From assembly GCA_963843795.1 (NCBI GenBank), contig CAWJLW010000006.1:1736001-1800000 (forward strand): 64,000 nt of DNA, read 5' to 3'. Each line of letters begins with the position of its first letter. The stretch's first letter is position 1. This stretch comes from an uncultured bacterium. GTDB taxonomy: Bacteria; Armatimonadota; Abditibacteriia; Abditibacteriales; Abditibacteriaceae. Position numbers and translations under genes: made by a program. Below are positions 50,507 through 60,590 of the stretch, piece after piece. The notes under the pieces are model-generated. The model did not search any database, was not told where the DNA came from, and was given only the letters and a program-made list of their open reading frames with translations.

Positions 50507-50883
50507 TGCTGAAATTTAGAATTTGCGCTGCGAAATAGTTCCGTCAGTGTAGCAGTGCGGCAAATTCGGAACAGAAACCACGAAAGCCAGCGCGAAAATC
50601 AGGGCGAATTACAGCAATGAGCAATTTATTATGCCGGCAAGTACTTGCTGAATACCGAGCGCGTTCTGCTTAACGTTGGTCTTATTTTAACTGCGTACTG
50701 CGCCATTAACCCTGCTTTTCTCATTGATGTCCGAATATATTGCATGCTTCTGGATAAATAATTCGGCGTTTGTGGGCGCAGGTTTTGCCTTAACAGAAAA
50801 CCGCTATTAAAAATATGAAAATAGCCAGAAAAGATTAATGTACAGATTGAAGTCGCATCAGTTAGTCAAGTGAGTTGAACGCC

Positions 50884-51660
50884 ATGAAAAATCACAAGCC
50901 TCAAGAAACTTCTCTCCGCTTTGCCAAGAAAAATGCCCTCGTGACCGGTGGCGGTTCTGGTATTGGCCGCGCTGCCTGTTTGCGCCTGGCCCACGATGGA
51001 GCGCGCGTCGCGATTGTCGATATCGACCAGATCGCGGGCTGCGAAACTTTGGAACTCATTGAAAAAGCCGGCGGTGAAGCCATCTTTTTGCGGGCTGATG
51101 TCGCGCAATCGAGCGATGTTCAAGGCGCCATCAATCGCACCATCGAATTGTGGGAGCGCTTGGATATTCTGGTCAACAACGCGGGAACGATGAGCTTTCA
51201 ACCCGCCGTGAGCTTGCACGAAGACGATTGGGATCGCGTCATTGCAGTTAACCTGCGCGCCGCGTTTTTGTTCTCCAAGTACGCGCTGCCCCACATGAAA
51301 AACCATCGTGGTCGCAAGGGCGGCGCGATTATCAATATTTCAAGCGTTCATGCTCACGCCACCACGCGCAACCTCACTGCTTATGCCGCTTCCAAAGGCG
51401 GATTAGAAGCGTTCACGCGCGCGCTGAGTCTGGAAACTGAAGCCATGAATGTGCGCGTTAACGCCATCGCGCCCGGCGCAGTCGACACGCCTTTATTGTG
51501 GACAAATCCAAACCTCCAATCGGGCGCTGAAAAGCTCGAAGGCAGCATCATTTCGGTTGAAGCCATCGCCGACGCGATCTGCTTTCTGGCCTCGTCCGAA
51601 GCGGCTTATGTCACCGGCACCACACTCGCAGTTGACGCCGGACGGTTGGCCCGATTGTAA
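50884..51660 (+). CDS. Short-chain dehydrogenase/reductase
   Basis: TGGGSGIG, NNAG, YAASK and VNAIAPG. Confidence 0.93.
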   Translation: MKNHKPQETSLRFAKKNALVTGGGSGIGRAACLRLAHDGARVAIVDIDQIAGCETLELIEKAGGEAIFLRADVAQSSDVQGAINRTIELWERLDILVNNAGTMSFQPAVSLHEDDWDRVIAVNLRAAFLFSKYALPHMKNHRGRKGGAIINISSVHAHATTRNLTAYAASKGGLEAFTRALSLETEAMNVRVNAIAPGAVDTPLLWTNPNLQSGAEKLEGSIISVEAIADAICFLASSEAAYVTGTTLAVDAGRLARL

Positions 51661-51711
51661 CCGCCAATTGTGTCAGCAATTACTCGCTGCTCATCCCAAC
51701 TTATTCGCATC

Positions 51712-51747
51712 CAAAAACGCCCTGCAAGTACTTGCAGGGCGTTTTTG
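51712..51747 (+). terminator. 36-bp perfect palindrome terminator centred on the 12-mer
   Basis: CAAAAACGCCCTGCAAGTACTTGCAGGGCGTTTTTG. Confidence 0.78.
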
Positions 51748-51797
51748 TTGGTCTCGCTATGCAAAGCGCAACCATTTCGCAAGACTAAGCTCAAAGC

Positions 51798-51811
51798 GTA
51801 AACCGGTTTAC
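51798..51811. promoter_or_regulatory. Putative LacI-family operator GTAAACCGGTTTAC upstream of the PL11 gene
   Basis: Perfect 14-bp palindrome with central CG, with an identical copy at 56069. A LacI gene is nearby. Confidence 0.7.
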
Positions 51812-51873
51812 ATTTTTCATAACGGCGACAATTGTGCTTTGAATTGATGCTTTAGGGCGCAGGAGAATTTTCT

Positions 51874-54800
51874 ATGAGTTTGCGAAATTTGATGAGGGCG
51901 CTTTTGATTTGCGCCGCGATGCTGCTAAGTTGGATTCCCGTTCGCGCACAGCGACAGATGGAATCGCTGGGGCGCGGCGTGGTGGCGATCAAGCGGGACG
52001 ACGGCAAGATTTTCGTCAGCTGGCGCTTATTGGCAACCGACCCGCAGAATCTGGCTTTCAATTTATATCGGGTCGCTGAGGGCGCGACGACCAAGCTCAA
52101 TACGCAGCCGATCACGGGCGCGACCAATTTCATCGATGGAAACGCAATTTTAGAGCAGATGAATGCTTATTTCGTGCGTCCGATTTCAAATGGCAAAGAA
52201 CAAGCGCCGAGCGCTTCGTTTGTGATTCCAGCCAAATCTGCCGCGCGTCCTTATCTTTCTCTTCCACTTCGAACCCCTGACGGGTACGCGCCCAACGATG
52301 CTTCGGTGGGCGATTTAGATGGTGATGGCGAATACGAAATCGTGCTGCACCAAGCCGGACGCGGCAAAGATAATTCGCAAAGCGGCATCACAGACCCACC
52401 GATTTTGCAAGCTTATAAGCTCGATGGCACGTTGCTATGGACGATTAACCTGGGCCACAACATCCGCGAAGGTGCGCATTACACGCAGTTCATGGTTTAC
52501 GATTTGGATGGGGATGGACGGGCCGAAATCGTTTGTAAAACTGCCGATGGCACAACCGATGGAAAAGGCAGCATCATCGGAGACGCGAAAGCGAATTACG
52601 TCTCGGAAAAAGGCTATATCCTTTCCGGCCCGGAATATTTGACAGTTTTCAATGGTTTGACCGGCGCGGCACTCGCGACAACTAACTACATTCCCTCGCG
52701 AATGCCTGACGATCCCACAAATCTGAAGCCGACCTCCGACCAAATTAAAAAAGTGTGGGGCGATGGTTACGGCAATCGACCCGACCGCTTTTTGGCGTGT
52801 ATCGCCTATCTGGATGGCGTGCATCCCAGTGTCGTGATGTCTCGTGGTTACTACACGCGCACCTTTCTGGCGGCGTGGGACTTTCGTGGCGGCAAAATCA
52901 CTTCGCGCTGGGTTTTCGATTCCAACACGCCGGGTAACGAAAAATATGCCGGACAGGGAAACCATAACCTCAGCGTGGCCGATGTGGACGGCGACGGCAA
53001 AGACGAAATCATCTACGGAGCGATGGCCTTAGACGACAACGGCAAAGGTCTCTACTCGACGGAGTTAGGACATGGCGATGCGATCCATCTTTCCGACCTC
53101 GACCCCAAAAGACCCGGCCTGGAAGTTTTTCGCATTCAGGAACCTTACGCCGATGCTGGAATGCATATGTTTGATGCCAAAACCGGGGAAATTTTGTGGA
53201 AAATTCCACCCGGAAAAGCTGGTGGCGATGGCGAAGGGCCAGGACGCGGTCTGGCTCTGGACATCGACCCGCGCCACGAAGGTTTTGAGTGTTGGGGCGC
53301 AGGTGCGCAAATGTTCGGCAAAGTATTCGATGCCAAAGGCAATCTCATCGACACCAACGGTAAAGCTCCGCCGGTAAACATGGGAGTTTATTGGGACGGC
53401 GATTTATTAAGTGAAACCTTGGATGGCACCACGATTGGCAAATGGGATTGGCTGAATAACCAAACCAATGCGCTGCTGGATGCTAAACAGTTCGATTGCG
53501 TTTCCAATAATGGCACCAAAGCCAATCCGTGTTTGTCAGCCGATATCTTGGGCGATTGGCGCGAAGAAGTGATCTGGCGCACCGCAGACAATAAAGAATT
53601 GCGCATCTTCACGACAACCGAGCCAACTCAACACCGCTTTGTCACATTCATGCACGATCCCGAATATCGTCTGAGCATCGCGTGGCAAAACGTTGGCTAC
53701 AATCAGCCGCCGCACACCAGTTTCTACATCGGCCCGAACATGAAAAATCCGCCGCAAATCGTCATTACCACAGCGCCTAAAAGCAGTTTTCACTTCGCTT
53801 TCGATCCCGCTGCCGAGCAGACTGGCGCGACATTGGTCACATCGGGCACCACTTACAGTACGCAAACCGGTTACGGTTTTGAAAATGCGACCGACAAAAA
53901 TCAGTTGCCCAAGTACTTTTCGGTCGCGCTGCCCGAAGGCAATTATCAAGTCACGCTGCGTATGGGCGCGGAAAAAACCCCAACCGACACCACAGTGAAA
54001 GCCGAAGCGCGGCGTTTGATGCTGGAAGGCGTGCGCACCGCGCCCGGCGAATTTGTCGAGAGCAGCTTTGCAGTCAACGTGCGCACACCACGTTTGGCTG
54101 CGGGCGGCGAGGTGCGCTTGAAAGCTCGCGAAACCGGCGTGCGCCACTGGGACGACAAATTAACGCTGGAATTCAATGGCGCGCGGCCCGGCGTGCAAAG
54201 TTTGAGCATCGTTCCGCTGGAAAACGCCGTGACGGTTTATTTAGCGGGTGATTCGACTGTCACCGACCAACCTGAAGAACCTTGGAGCAGTTGGGGCCAA
54301 ATGCTGCCGCGCTTTTTCAATGCGCAAGTCGCAGTCGCCAATTACGCGGAATCGGGCGAAACGCTCAATAGCTTTCGCAGCGCTCGGAGGCAGGAGAAAA
54401 TTTTGGAGAATATCAAAGCTGGCGATTATTTATTTATCCAATTCGGTCACAACGATCAGAAAGATAAAGCGCCCGGTGCGGGGCCGTTCACCAGTTACAA
54501 AGCCAATTTGAAGCAGTTCGTTGAAGCGGCGCGCGCGAAGAATGCGCTGCCGGTTCTGGTGACGCCCATGGAACGACGGCGTTTTGAAGGCGACAAGCCA
54601 ACGACAACGCTGGCCGATTTCGCCGAAGCGGTGAGACAAGTCGGCAGCGAAGAAAAAGTGCCCGTCATAGATCTCAACGGGATGAGCTTGAAATTTTATG
54701 CCGCTCTAGGGCCGGAAGGCTCGAAAGCCGCTTTTGTGCATTACGCGGCCAACACGTTTCCGGGACAGGACAAGGCGCTGCGCGACGACACTCATTTCAA

Positions 54801-54984
54801 TGCTTACGGCGGCTACGAGTTAGCGAAATCGGTCGTGGAAGGTATCAAAACTCGGGTTCCCGCACTCGGCAAGTACTTGCAAGATGATGTCAAGCCGTTC
54901 GATCCGGCGCATCCCGATGCGGCCAACGATTTCCATCTGCCCACCAGCGCATTAACACCCAGTACGAAACCTGACGGAAGTTAA
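51874..54984 (+). CDS. Secreted rhamnogalacturonan lyase (PL11, YesW/YesX-like) fused to a linker domain and a CE12 rhamnogalacturonan acetylesterase
   Basis: RQMESLGRGVVA, NIREGAHYTQF, RGYYTR, GQGNH and WQNVGYNQPPH. C-terminal SGNH motifs GDSTV, QFGHND and DDTH. Confidence 0.9.
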   Translation: MSLRNLMRALLICAAMLLSWIPVRAQRQMESLGRGVVAIKRDDGKIFVSWRLLATDPQNLAFNLYRVAEGATTKLNTQPITGATNFIDGNAILEQMNAYFVRPISNGKEQAPSASFVIPAKSAARPYLSLPLRTPDGYAPNDASVGDLDGDGEYEIVLHQAGRGKDNSQSGITDPPILQAYKLDGTLLWTINLGHNIREGAHYTQFMVYDLDGDGRAEIVCKTADGTTDGKGSIIGDAKANYVSEKGYILSGPEYLTVFNGLTGAALATTNYIPSRMPDDPTNLKPTSDQIKKVWGDGYGNRPDRFLACIAYLDGVHPSVVMSRGYYTRTFLAAWDFRGGKITSRWVFDSNTPGNEKYAGQGNHNLSVADVDGDGKDEIIYGAMALDDNGKGLYSTELGHGDAIHLSDLDPKRPGLEVFRIQEPYADAGMHMFDAKTGEILWKIPPGKAGGDGEGPGRGLALDIDPRHEGFECWGAGAQMFGKVFDAKGNLIDTNGKAPPVNMGVYWDGDLLSETLDGTTIGKWDWLNNQTNALLDAKQFDCVSNNGTKANPCLSADILGDWREEVIWRTADNKELRIFTTTEPTQHRFVTFMHDPEYRLSIAWQNVGYNQPPHTSFYIGPNMKNPPQIVITTAPKSSFHFAFDPAAEQTGATLVTSGTTYSTQTGYGFENATDKNQLPKYFSVALPEGNYQVTLRMGAEKTPTDTTVKAEARRLMLEGVRTAPGEFVESSFAVNVRTPRLAAGGEVRLKARETGVRHWDDKLTLEFNGARPGVQSLSIVPLENAVTVYLAGDSTVTDQPEEPWSSWGQMLPRFFNAQVAVANYAESGETLNSFRSARRQEKILENIKAGDYLFIQFGHNDQKDKAPGAGPFTSYKANLKQFVEAARAKNALPVLVTPMERRRFEGDKPTTTLADFAEAVRQVGSEEKVPVIDLNGMSLKFYAALGPEGSKAAFVHYAANTFPGQDKALRDDTHFNAYGGYELAKSVVEGIKTRVPALGKYLQDDVKPFDPAHPDAANDFHLPTSALTPSTKPDGS

Positions 54985-55014
54985 ATCCGAAAGAAAATAA
55001 CAAGGAAATTTTTC

Positions 55015-55914
55015 ATGAAAAACCCGCAAAACCATTTTGGGATTTCGGCAACAATTCTGGCCGCTGGCCTGTGTTTGGGTTTGTCAGGTGCCAGCCCAGC
55101 ACAAGACAACGCGGCTGATACAAAAAAAGTCGCAGAAACCGCGCCGACTTTACCCACGCTGTGGATTATCGGCGATTCAACAGTGAAGAACGGAAGCAAA
55201 ATTCAGGTCGGCTGGGGCGACCCGATTGGCGATTACTTCGACGGCAAGCACATTCGCGTAATGAATCGCGCGCGCGGTGGACGCAGTAGCCGCACCTATC
55301 TCACGGAAGGTTTGTGGAAAGACGTCTTGGATCAAATGCAAAAGGGCGATTTCGTTTTGATGCAGTTCGGCCACAACGACGGCGGCTCGCCGCGCACCAG
55401 TTACCGCGCCTCGCTCAAGGGCAACGGCGATGAAACTCAGAACTTTGTTAACCCGCAAAGCAAAGTTGACGAAGCAATTCACTCGTTCGGTTGGTATCTG
55501 CGCCAATATATCGCCAACACAAAAGCCAAAGGTGCCACACCCATTGTGCTTTCGCTCATTCCGCGCAACGATTGGAAAGATGGCAAGGTCATGCGCTCGT
55601 TTCCCGGCTACGCGCAAACCGCGCAGGAAGCGGCGCAACAGGGCGGCGCTCTGTTCGTGGATTTGAACTCGATTACTGCCGACAAATACGATGCGCTGGG
55701 CGAAGAAGCCGTCAAAGCATTTTTCCCCGACGAGCATACGCACACCAATCTCAAAGGCGCTGAAGTTAATGCGGCTTCAGTGGTGGCGGGCCTCAAAGGC
55801 ATCCACGGCCTGGCTTTGAACAATTATTACTCAGCCAAAGCCAACGACATCGCGCCTTACAGAATCGCAGCCTCACCAGATAAAGCAGAGCACGACAAAA
55901 CCACCAATCAATAA
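55015..55914 (+). CDS. Secreted rhamnogalacturonan acetylesterase (CE12, SGNH)
   Basis: IGDSTV, GWG, GGRSSRT, QFGHNDGG and EHTHT. Confidence 0.9.
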   Translation: MKNPQNHFGISATILAAGLCLGLSGASPAQDNAADTKKVAETAPTLPTLWIIGDSTVKNGSKIQVGWGDPIGDYFDGKHIRVMNRARGGRSSRTYLTEGLWKDVLDQMQKGDFVLMQFGHNDGGSPRTSYRASLKGNGDETQNFVNPQSKVDEAIHSFGWYLRQYIANTKAKGATPIVLSLIPRNDWKDGKVMRSFPGYAQTAQEAAQQGGALFVDLNSITADKYDALGEEAVKAFFPDEHTHTNLKGAEVNAASVVAGLKGIHGLALNNYYSAKANDIAPYRIAASPDKAEHDKTTNQ

Positions 55915-55923
55915 CCCAGATTC

Positions 55924-55967
55924 GATTAAGTCCTACGCTGCAAGTACTTGCAGCGTAGGACTTAATC
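55924..55967. repeat. 44-bp perfect palindrome centred on the 12-mer (longest perfect one seen)
   Basis: GATTAAGTCCTACGCTGCAAGTACTTGCAGCGTAGGACTTAATC, 10 nt after the CE12 stop codon. Confidence 0.9.
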
Positions 55968-56056
55968 TCCTTATTCAATTCAAAATGCAAATCGAGCGTA
56001 AGACAAGCACCGCAAAAAAATTGGGCGATAAAGGTTATAAAAAATCTCATAACGGC

Positions 56057-56083
56057 TATAATAATTACGTAAACCGGTTTACG
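56057..56083 (+). promoter_or_regulatory. -10 box TATAAT followed by LacI-type operator CGTAAACCGGTTTACG
   Basis: TATAAT at 56057-56062, a 16-bp palindrome at 56068-56083 over the expected +1, and AAGGAG Shine-Dalgarno site before 56128. Confidence 0.75.
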
Positions 56084-56127
56084 AAACTTAAATCACAGTT
56101 AATTTTCACCGGTAAGGAGAAACCCTC

Positions 56128-56922
56128 ATGCAAAATCGAACTGAAATCAGCCGCACCCAAGCCATCCCGACGCGAAACATTTTTCGCAGCGCCCGCCGAG
56201 GCTTTACGCTCATCGAACTTTTGGTAGTCATAGCAATTATTGCTATTTTAGCGGCGATTTTATTTCCCGTTTTTGCTCGTGCGCGTGAGAACGCGCGCCG
56301 CGCGTCGTGTGCCAGCAACATGAAGCAGATTGGTTTGGGCATTATGCAGTACACGCAGGATTATGATGAGCAGATGGTGCTGATTCGTCAGAACGGCAAC
56401 TGTTCGGCGCCGTGGGGTGAACTGGTGCAGCCTTATCTAAAGAGCAAACAAATTTTCGATTGCCCTTCGAACTCGACAGCTACGGTCGTTTCGTGCAGCG
56501 ACCCGAATGCTCGCGTTTTCACCGATTATCAAGCCAATGGCGCTCGCTACTCAACTGCTACGAGTGGAGGTTTTGGTTATGATCGGCCCTTAGACATGGT
56601 CAAATGGAACGATACGACCGGGACGATTTCGCCTACATCCTTAGCTTCCATTGTAGAGCCTGCCAGAGCGATTGAAGTGGCTGAGTATAAGGGCATCGGA
56701 AACCATGCCAACATCAACTCGACCAGTTCCACCAATGGAATGTTAGACCCCACCAACCACCTGGGCACCAGCAACTATCTTTTTGCCGATGGCCACGTCA
56801 AAGCATTGCGACCCACTGCGACCATCAACGGTGGTAACCAGTGGGCGAGCGACGCAACTAACACTTCGGTACAAACGATTTTGCGAAACGCTTTGGTGTA
56901 TTACGAATCACAGATGCAGTGA
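56128..56922 (+). CDS. Prepilin-type N-terminal cleavage/methylation protein, DUF1559 with H-X9-DG C-terminal motif
   Basis: [45 protein letters not shown] and [15 protein letters not shown]. Confidence 0.93.
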   Translation: MQNRTEISRTQAIPTRNIFRSARRGFTLIELLVVIAIIAILAAILFPVFARARENARRASCASNMKQIGLGIMQYTQDYDEQMVLIRQNGNCSAPWGELVQPYLKSKQIFDCPSNSTATVVSCSDPNARVFTDYQANGARYSTATSGGFGYDRPLDMVKWNDTTGTISPTSLASIVEPARAIEVAEYKGIGNHANINSTSSTNGMLDPTNHLGTSNYLFADGHVKALRPTATINGGNQWASDATNTSVQTILRNALVYYESQMQ

Positions 56923-57060
56923 TTTCAACTCGCGTCGCAATGGATTTCGCGCAAACAATTATTAGGACTGCGAGAAGTTGAAGATAAAACCACTGAGGAC
57001 AGGCTAAACTGTGGACTGACATAAGCGCAGCACTTTTCTAAGTTTCAGCCTCTATCAAAG

Positions 57061-58137
57061 ATGACCAATCTCGATGCCACTCCTGTGGGCAAACCTCCGA
57101 CCATTCAAGATGTCGCAACGGCGCTGGGCATGCACAAATCGTCGGTTTCGCTGGCCTTGTCGGGCAAGGGTAATATCGCTTCGGCAACGCGGCGCAAAGT
57201 GTTCGAGGCAGCGCGCGAAATGGGATACGAACCCAATCCTCTCGCGCAGCGTTTGGCAACCGGCGTTGGTACAAATCTGGTCGCGCTATGCAGTGGCTTG
57301 TTGGATGTGGGTCTGACGACAGAAAAGATTCTGCTCATCCAAAAAACGCTCACTGGCAATGCACTGGAAACTCCCATCTACACATTCGCAGCAGCGGTGG
57401 GAGCCGATGGAGTTTCGCAGGCGGCGCAGGCGCGTCAAGTGTGTCGTCAGCAGCCGCGCGCCATCGTTTGCGCAACGCCGATGTTAGATGCCGCTGTTTT
57501 TGCCGAACTCGAAGCCTATCAGCGCGAAGGTGGCATCGTAGTGGCTTACGATGTCGCCGCTCCACTTTCCTGCGATCAGGTCATTTTCGACCGCGAAGAC
57601 AACGCTTATCAGGCCGCGCGCTATCTCATTCAACACGGCCATCAGCACATCGGCATCGGCCTGTCGAATCCGCATTTGTGGTCGCTCGATGATCCTCACA
57701 GCCCGCTTTCGGAAAGATTGCGTGGCTTTCGACGTGCGCTCAATGAAGCCAATTTGCCATTTCGAGACGAATGGATTTTCGTCAATTCGACTTATGAACG
57801 CGGTGGCGTCGAAATGGCCGAGCGCTGGCTCGCACTGGCACAACGACCAACTGGGTTATGCATTGTGAACGATTACGTCGCGCTGGCATTTATGACCGAG
57901 GTTATGCGCGCCGGTGTGCGCGTGCCGCAAGATGTCAGCCTCATCGGTCACGATAATCAGCGTGTTGCAGCTTTATGCCCGGTGCCGCTGACTTCGATGA
58001 CCCAGCCCGCCGAAACCATCGCGCAAAACGTGGCCGCCAAGTTGATGAGCCGCATTTCAGGTGATTCGTCACCGCCGCAAACCACAATCATCAAAGGTAG
58101 CCTGATCGAACGCCAAAGCGTCAGCGCAGCGCGCTAA
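57061..58137 (+). CDS. LacI-family transcriptional regulator
   Basis: PTIQDVA...SVSLALS HTH, GYEPNPLAQRL, VPQDVSLIGHD and LTSMTQP. Confidence 0.93.
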   Translation: MTNLDATPVGKPPTIQDVATALGMHKSSVSLALSGKGNIASATRRKVFEAAREMGYEPNPLAQRLATGVGTNLVALCSGLLDVGLTTEKILLIQKTLTGNALETPIYTFAAAVGADGVSQAAQARQVCRQQPRAIVCATPMLDAAVFAELEAYQREGGIVVAYDVAAPLSCDQVIFDREDNAYQAARYLIQHGHQHIGIGLSNPHLWSLDDPHSPLSERLRGFRRALNEANLPFRDEWIFVNSTYERGGVEMAERWLALAQRPTGLCIVNDYVALAFMTEVMRAGVRVPQDVSLIGHDNQRVAALCPVPLTSMTQPAETIAQNVAAKLMSRISGDSSPPQTTIIKGSLIERQSVSAAR

Positions 58138-58218
58138 AGTGCGTTGCAAGAGTAAAACTTTATTGTGCCAAATGCAAAATTGATAAAGGGCACAATAAGA
58201 ATTTTCTTATGAGCCACA

Positions 58219-58254
58219 CAAAAGGCCGGGGCAAGTACTTGCCTCGGCCTTTTG
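58219..58254. terminator. Bidirectional terminator hairpin centred on the palindrome
   Basis: CAAAAGGCCGGGGCAAGTACTTGCCTCGGCCTTTTG between convergent genes. Confidence 0.8.
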
Positions 58255-58266
58255 CATTTAAGGGCT

Positions 58267-60582
58267 TCACGGTGGAGTGGCGAACACAGCTTTGGAATCG
58301 CTCCATTCGCCGGGCGGAATCAGGATCGAACTGCGCCATTGTGTGTAGGGCAAGGTTTCTTCCTGCGCTGGTAATGCTTGTCGGTAAAGCCACCAGCTCA
58401 GCCAGCGGTCCGGTCGCAACGCGGGCCACGAGGCGCGTGGCCAGACGTAATGCACGACAGTTTGTGCATGCCAACCTTGATACTCTGGCTTCTTTTGCAA
58501 CATTTTCCAATCGTCTTCTGTGGTGATAATCAAGCGTGTCGAGCCAGTGGGCGTAGCTCCGCCGTAAACAGCGCCAGAACCGTTCATCAACGGCGAACCG
58601 TTGCGCAGATACCACGCGGGCGGCCACTGCTTGTCATTGTGAACCCAAATCGTGTTGGTGTTGTTCGATGTCTGGTGAAGGTCGTTGACCAAAGCATCGC
58701 GGAAACCTTCCGAAGTCTGGGCGAAGAACATCGGTTCGCGATTCGCCACGGCGCTTTGAAAATTGGTCGCCCAGGTTCCACGCAGCAAATAAATCGCACT
58801 CAGTGCGCAACCGACCGTAAAAGCGACACGCGAAGTCGTGGTTTGCGGTCGCCACTGCGCAATCCACCATCCACCAATCAGGGCGAACGGCACGACGGTA
58901 TGAACCAAGAGCCACGGAACTTTTTCGTTCGCCATCGCATATAGCACCCACGAGGTGAACGCCCACCACAATAGCAAATCACCCCACGCGCTGCGCTTGT
59001 AGCCCAGCCAGACCATCCCGCCTAAAGCAAGCAGAAAAATCGGCAGTTCATACAGCGAAATCAGCACCAGATAATAATCGTGGCGGCTGGGCAGGCGCGG
59101 CGCTTTCTGTTGTCCGGCCCAATACGAAATTAAACGCGGCATCGCCATCGTTACACCATCCCAATCGCCACCGATAGTTTTTTCCATTCCACTACCGGAC
59201 GCGACGGTTTGGGGCAGCGTTAACTTGCTATCTGTCCAATCTTTGTCTGGGCCGGGGGGCACCAATTCGGCGCGCCCAACCGTTGCCAATCCTATTTGTT
59301 TCCAGGAAAGTGAAGTTCTGCGCGCCAGTTCAGCGGGCTGCGTCAGCAAATCGGCAGGTAAGCGCCACCACAAAAAACCGTGACCGAACAGCCACGCAAA
59401 TACCAGAACCGAACTCCACGCCGCGACCAGCGCCGTGCGCCAGGTCGCGGTGCGGCGCGCGCGCCTGATATCGCGATGATTTCCGGCAACGACTTCGGGT
59501 TCAGTGGTCGCAGCTTCGGTTTCGCCACGGGAAAGCTCGTCATCGATAAAATCGGTTTCGGATGCATGGTAGGTTGTGGCGCGCGGCGCAAAAACCAGCC
59601 ACAGCCACAACAAACCGACGGAGGCCACGCTCGCGCCGCGCAGCATCGCCTCGTTACGTTCGCGTACGGTTTCGGGATCGCGCAGTGCGTAAATCGACAC
59701 GATGCTGATGAACGCAAACAACACCACGGGCACAATCGACCAGATAAGTGCCGGAGATTCGACCGGTGCGGCGAGCCAATCGCTATCGCGCAGTTTTTGA
59801 TAAATCCACGTCGCGAACCAGAAGCCAATCAGCATCGCAATAATGAAAAACGCGTTGGCTTTAGTGCATAAGAATAAGGTTAAAAGCAGTGCGACGCCGA
59901 ACCACGCGTTGCGGCCCTGCGGCGTCCACGCAGGGTATTGGCGCGCGCGGTGAAAAAACATCAGTGCGCCCAGCGTCAGCATCAAAACAAGCGAATCGTG
60001 CAACAAACGACGACTGTAGGTAGTGACAGACGGCGAAATCGTGAGTAAGGCCGCGCTCCACAATACGGCGCGCAAACCCATCCAGCGGCGCAACGGGCCG
60101 AATAAAATCAGGGCTAAAAGACCGATGCCCAGCAGCGAAGGCACCAGGCGCGCGGTGTAATCGTTGGCTCCGGGCACATCGAGATGAAGCCAGCGAAAGA
60201 CGAGATCGAAAAAGCCGAAAGTGCCCGCCAGCAGATGATACATCAGCGGCCCATGATACACCGGATCAAAGCTGTAACGTGTAAAACCATCGGCGAACCA
60301 AGCGTGGATCGCTTCATCGGGATGAAAAGGAAAGTCGGCCAGCCACATCTGACGCAGCAGAATTCCCACCAGCAAAACGCCCAGCGCGCTTTGCCAGAAT
60401 ACATCGGCGTCCATTTCTTCCATGCGCGCCACTCGCGCCGTTGCCGAACGCGTGTAGGTTGGCTGTGCAGTTTTCGATGCACCGGTTTTGCCAACAGCGG
60501 GCGTTTCAGTGGCAGCAACGCCATTGGAGACAGATTGTTGCGATTTCGCGTTGGATTTGCGCGAACCAGATTTCTTCGCCAT
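58267..60582 (-). CDS. GT-C-type membrane protein, TIGR03663/Agl23-like
   Basis: FHPDEAIH, Y.FDPVYHGP, YSRRLLHD, LYELP and EKVPWLLVH, with many TM segments. Confidence 0.78.
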   Translation of the reverse strand: MAKKSGSRKSNAKSQQSVSNGVAATETPAVGKTGASKTAQPTYTRSATARVARMEEMDADVFWQSALGVLLVGILLRQMWLADFPFHPDEAIHAWFADGFTRYSFDPVYHGPLMYHLLAGTFGFFDLVFRWLHLDVPGANDYTARLVPSLLGIGLLALILFGPLRRWMGLRAVLWSAALLTISPSVTTYSRRLLHDSLVLMLTLGALMFFHRARQYPAWTPQGRNAWFGVALLLTLFLCTKANAFFIIAMLIGFWFATWIYQKLRDSDWLAAPVESPALIWSIVPVVLFAFISIVSIYALRDPETVRERNEAMLRGASVASVGLLWLWLVFAPRATTYHASETDFIDDELSRGETEAATTEPEVVAGNHRDIRRARRTATWRTALVAAWSSVLVFAWLFGHGFLWWRLPADLLTQPAELARRTSLSWKQIGLATVGRAELVPPGPDKDWTDSKLTLPQTVASGSGMEKTIGGDWDGVTMAMPRLISYWAGQQKAPRLPSRHDYYLVLISLYELPIFLLALGGMVWLGYKRSAWGDLLLWWAFTSWVLYAMANEKVPWLLVHTVVPFALIGGWWIAQWRPQTTTSRVAFTVGCALSAIYLLRGTWATNFQSAVANREPMFFAQTSEGFRDALVNDLHQTSNNTNTIWVHNDKQWPPAWYLRNGSPLMNGSGAVYGGATPTGSTRLIITTEDDWKMLQKKPEYQGWHAQTVVHYVWPRASWPALRPDRWLSWWLYRQALPAQEETLPYTQWRSSILIPPGEWSDSKAVFATPP

Positions 60583-60590
60583 AAGATTAT

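Noticed and set aside
50507..50870. Lysine riboswitch or ncRNA upstream of lysA
   Set aside because: I could not find the conserved AGAGGxGC start or the expected helices on the minus strand. An Rfam search would settle it.
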